Origin: Octopus sinensis
Taxonomy: Eukaryota
DNA: 64,000 bases
Direction: 5' to 3'
NCBI RefSeq assembly: GCF_006345805.1
Contig: NC_043013.1
Coordinates: 9,548,001-9,612,000, forward strand
This document shows positions 61,823-64,000 of the stretch, piece by piece. The notes under the pieces are model-generated. The model had not been told where the DNA came from. It did not search any database and worked only from the letters and a program-made list of their open reading frames with translations. The position numbers were made by a program, and so were the translations under genes. The first letter of the stretch is position 1, and every line of letters starts with the position of its first letter.

Positions 61823-62560
61823 CATACATACATACATACATAATACATACATACATACATACCTACGTACACACATACATACATACCTGGATACATACAT
61901 ACATACATGGATACATACATACATACATCATACATACACACACACACACATACATACATACATACATACACACACACACATACATATATACATGCATACA
62001 TACATACATACATGCATATATACATACATACATGCATACATACATACATACATACATACATACATACATACATACATACATACATACATACATACATACA
62101 TGAACGCTCGGGCACCTAACAAGAAGTATAGCTTACACACACAAACACACGCTTACTCACACACATGCACACACATGCAGACAAGCCCGCTCAGACACCC
62201 GCACACGCCTCTTATTGAGATGACTTTGGGAAGGAGCTTTGTAGATAATAATAACCGACTGAAAAACATTAAACAGGCAATATAACAATATACTGAACGT
62301 GCTTGGGAGCCACTAACTTTCATGTTGATAAACGCTTGATAACAATATCCGTGATAAAAAGCGGTTCCCACCATACACACACACACAAACACACGCACAT
62401 ATACATACATACATGCATACATACATACATGCAATTCATACATACATAAGACATACATAATATATACATACATACATACATACATACATACATACATACA
62501 TACATACATACATACATACATACATACATACATACATGCATGCAATTCATACACATGACA
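61790..62560. repeat. (TA)n/(TACA)n fields
   Basis: Seen directly. Confidence 0.9.
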
Positions 62561-62654
62561 TGGCAAAAATAGCGAATCAATGAATGAGTGTGCAAATGTA
62601 CGTTTATGTATGCGTTCGTATTTTGAAGCAGAGAAAGTGAGAAAGAAGGAAATT

Positions 62655-64000
62655 TGTGTGGTAAAAAACTTGCTTCCCAACAACATGGTTCTGGGTTCAG
62701 TTCCTCTGCGTGACACCTATTACACTCTCCGGGCCGACCGGAGTCTTGTGAGTAGATTTAGCTGACGGAAACTGGAAGAAGCCGTGGTGTATGTGTATGT
62801 GTGTGTGTGTGTATGTGTGTATATATGTGTGTGTATGTGTATGTGTATGTGTGTGCGTGTGTGTGTGTTTGTCTGTCTATGTGACTTTGTCCTTTAACAC
62901 CACTTTGCGTTCAGGCTGCATTATCGAACAAATTCTAGTTTGTTCTATTTCTTTTTAAAGTAGGAAGATGTGATTAAGGGAGATTTAGCTACTATTTCTA
63001 ACAGATCAATCAACCACTATGAGATACCGCCCAGAAAGAACATTTAATAGAGCGCCAGATTAAATAATGGCTTCCATTTTTAAAATCATTTAGGACGGCG
63101 AGTTAGTAGAATTGTTAGCACGCCGGACTGTTATACTTAGCGGCATTGCGTACGTCTTTAGCGTTCCGAGTTCAAATTCCGCCGAGGTCGAGTTTGCCTT
63201 TTATCCTTTCGGGGACGATAAAATAAGTACCAGTTAAGAACTGGGGTCGGTGTAATCGACTTACCCCTCCCATGGGATTGTTGGTTTTGTGTCAAAATTT
63301 GAAACAGAAGTTAACCATCAGCTTCATCATCTGTGTTTGTCTGCGCTTGTCCCCCCAGCATCGTTTGACAACCGATGCTGGTGTGTTTACGTCCCCGTAA
63401 TATAGCGTTTCGGCAAAAGAGACCAATAGAATAAATACTAGGCTTACAAAGAATAAGCCCTGGGGTCGATTTGCTCGACTAAAGGCGGTGCTCCAGTATG
63501 GCCGCAGTCAAATGACTGAAACAATTAAAAGAGTAAAAAAAGTAAAAAGTATGTATATATAAATTATAAAAATGATTAAAAATATAAACAGTGCAGAACT
63601 GTTTCTACTTCGCGGATTTTCACTTATTACAGGAAGTTTTGGAACATAACAACCGCGATATTCGAGGTATTACTGTACATACAACTCTGTGTGTGTGTCT
63701 GTCTGTGTGTGTGTCTGTCTGTGTGTGTGTCTGTCTGTGTGTGTGTGGTGTGTGTGTGTGTGTACTGGGCAGAGCAAAAGCCTTGTGAGTGGATTTGGTA
63801 GACGGAGACAGAAACTGAAGGAAGCCCGTTGCATATGTATATATTCATGTGCTTGTCTTTGTGTCTGTGTTTGTATCGCCCACCCACCCCTTTCACCGGT
63901 TGGCTTAGGTGTTGGCGTGTTTACGTCTCTGTAACTTAACGGTTCGGCAAGAAAGACCGATAGAATAAGTACTAAAGTACTAAGCTTAATAAGTAAGTCC
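62655..64000 (+). mobile_element. SINE cluster: B 5' half (62655-62900), C (63094-63310), B 3' half (63330-63555), B (63775 to window end)
   Basis: Diagnostic head, core and tail motifs as in the other copies. Confidence 0.85.

Overview
Eukaryotic, very AT-rich DNA saturated with microsatellites. The tRNA-derived SINE families and the extreme microsatellite load point to an octopus (coleoid cephalopod) genome; this is inference. No complete host gene is recognisable, and most ORF-track entries are translated microsatellites or SINE pieces. Supported content: dozens of tRNA-derived SINEs in several modular families (my labels A-D); a ~2.9 kb R4/Dong-clade LINE in (TAA)n plus two older fragments of that clade; a Tx1/L1-like LINE 3' end set in (GATA)n; two copies of one internally deleted mariner; DD37D (maT) and Tc1 transposase relics; Helentron/Helitron-derived elements; and several foldback elements. 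A few weak + strand exon candidates lie mainly at 2.4-15 kb, including a 9-nt microexon and a last exon ending in -TPV. The most striking observation is in a Penelope/retrozyme-like repeat at 57.7-59.1 kb. It carries the hammerhead ribozyme core (CUGAUGA, GAAA, UH) with well-paired stems I and III and a weak stem II, but the strands run in an order that fits none of hammerhead types I-III and would need a triple-crossing pseudoknot or a dimer. A sequence-divergent, truncated relative appears at 3.6 kb. All coordinates and pairings were worked out by hand, and repeat ends are approximate.
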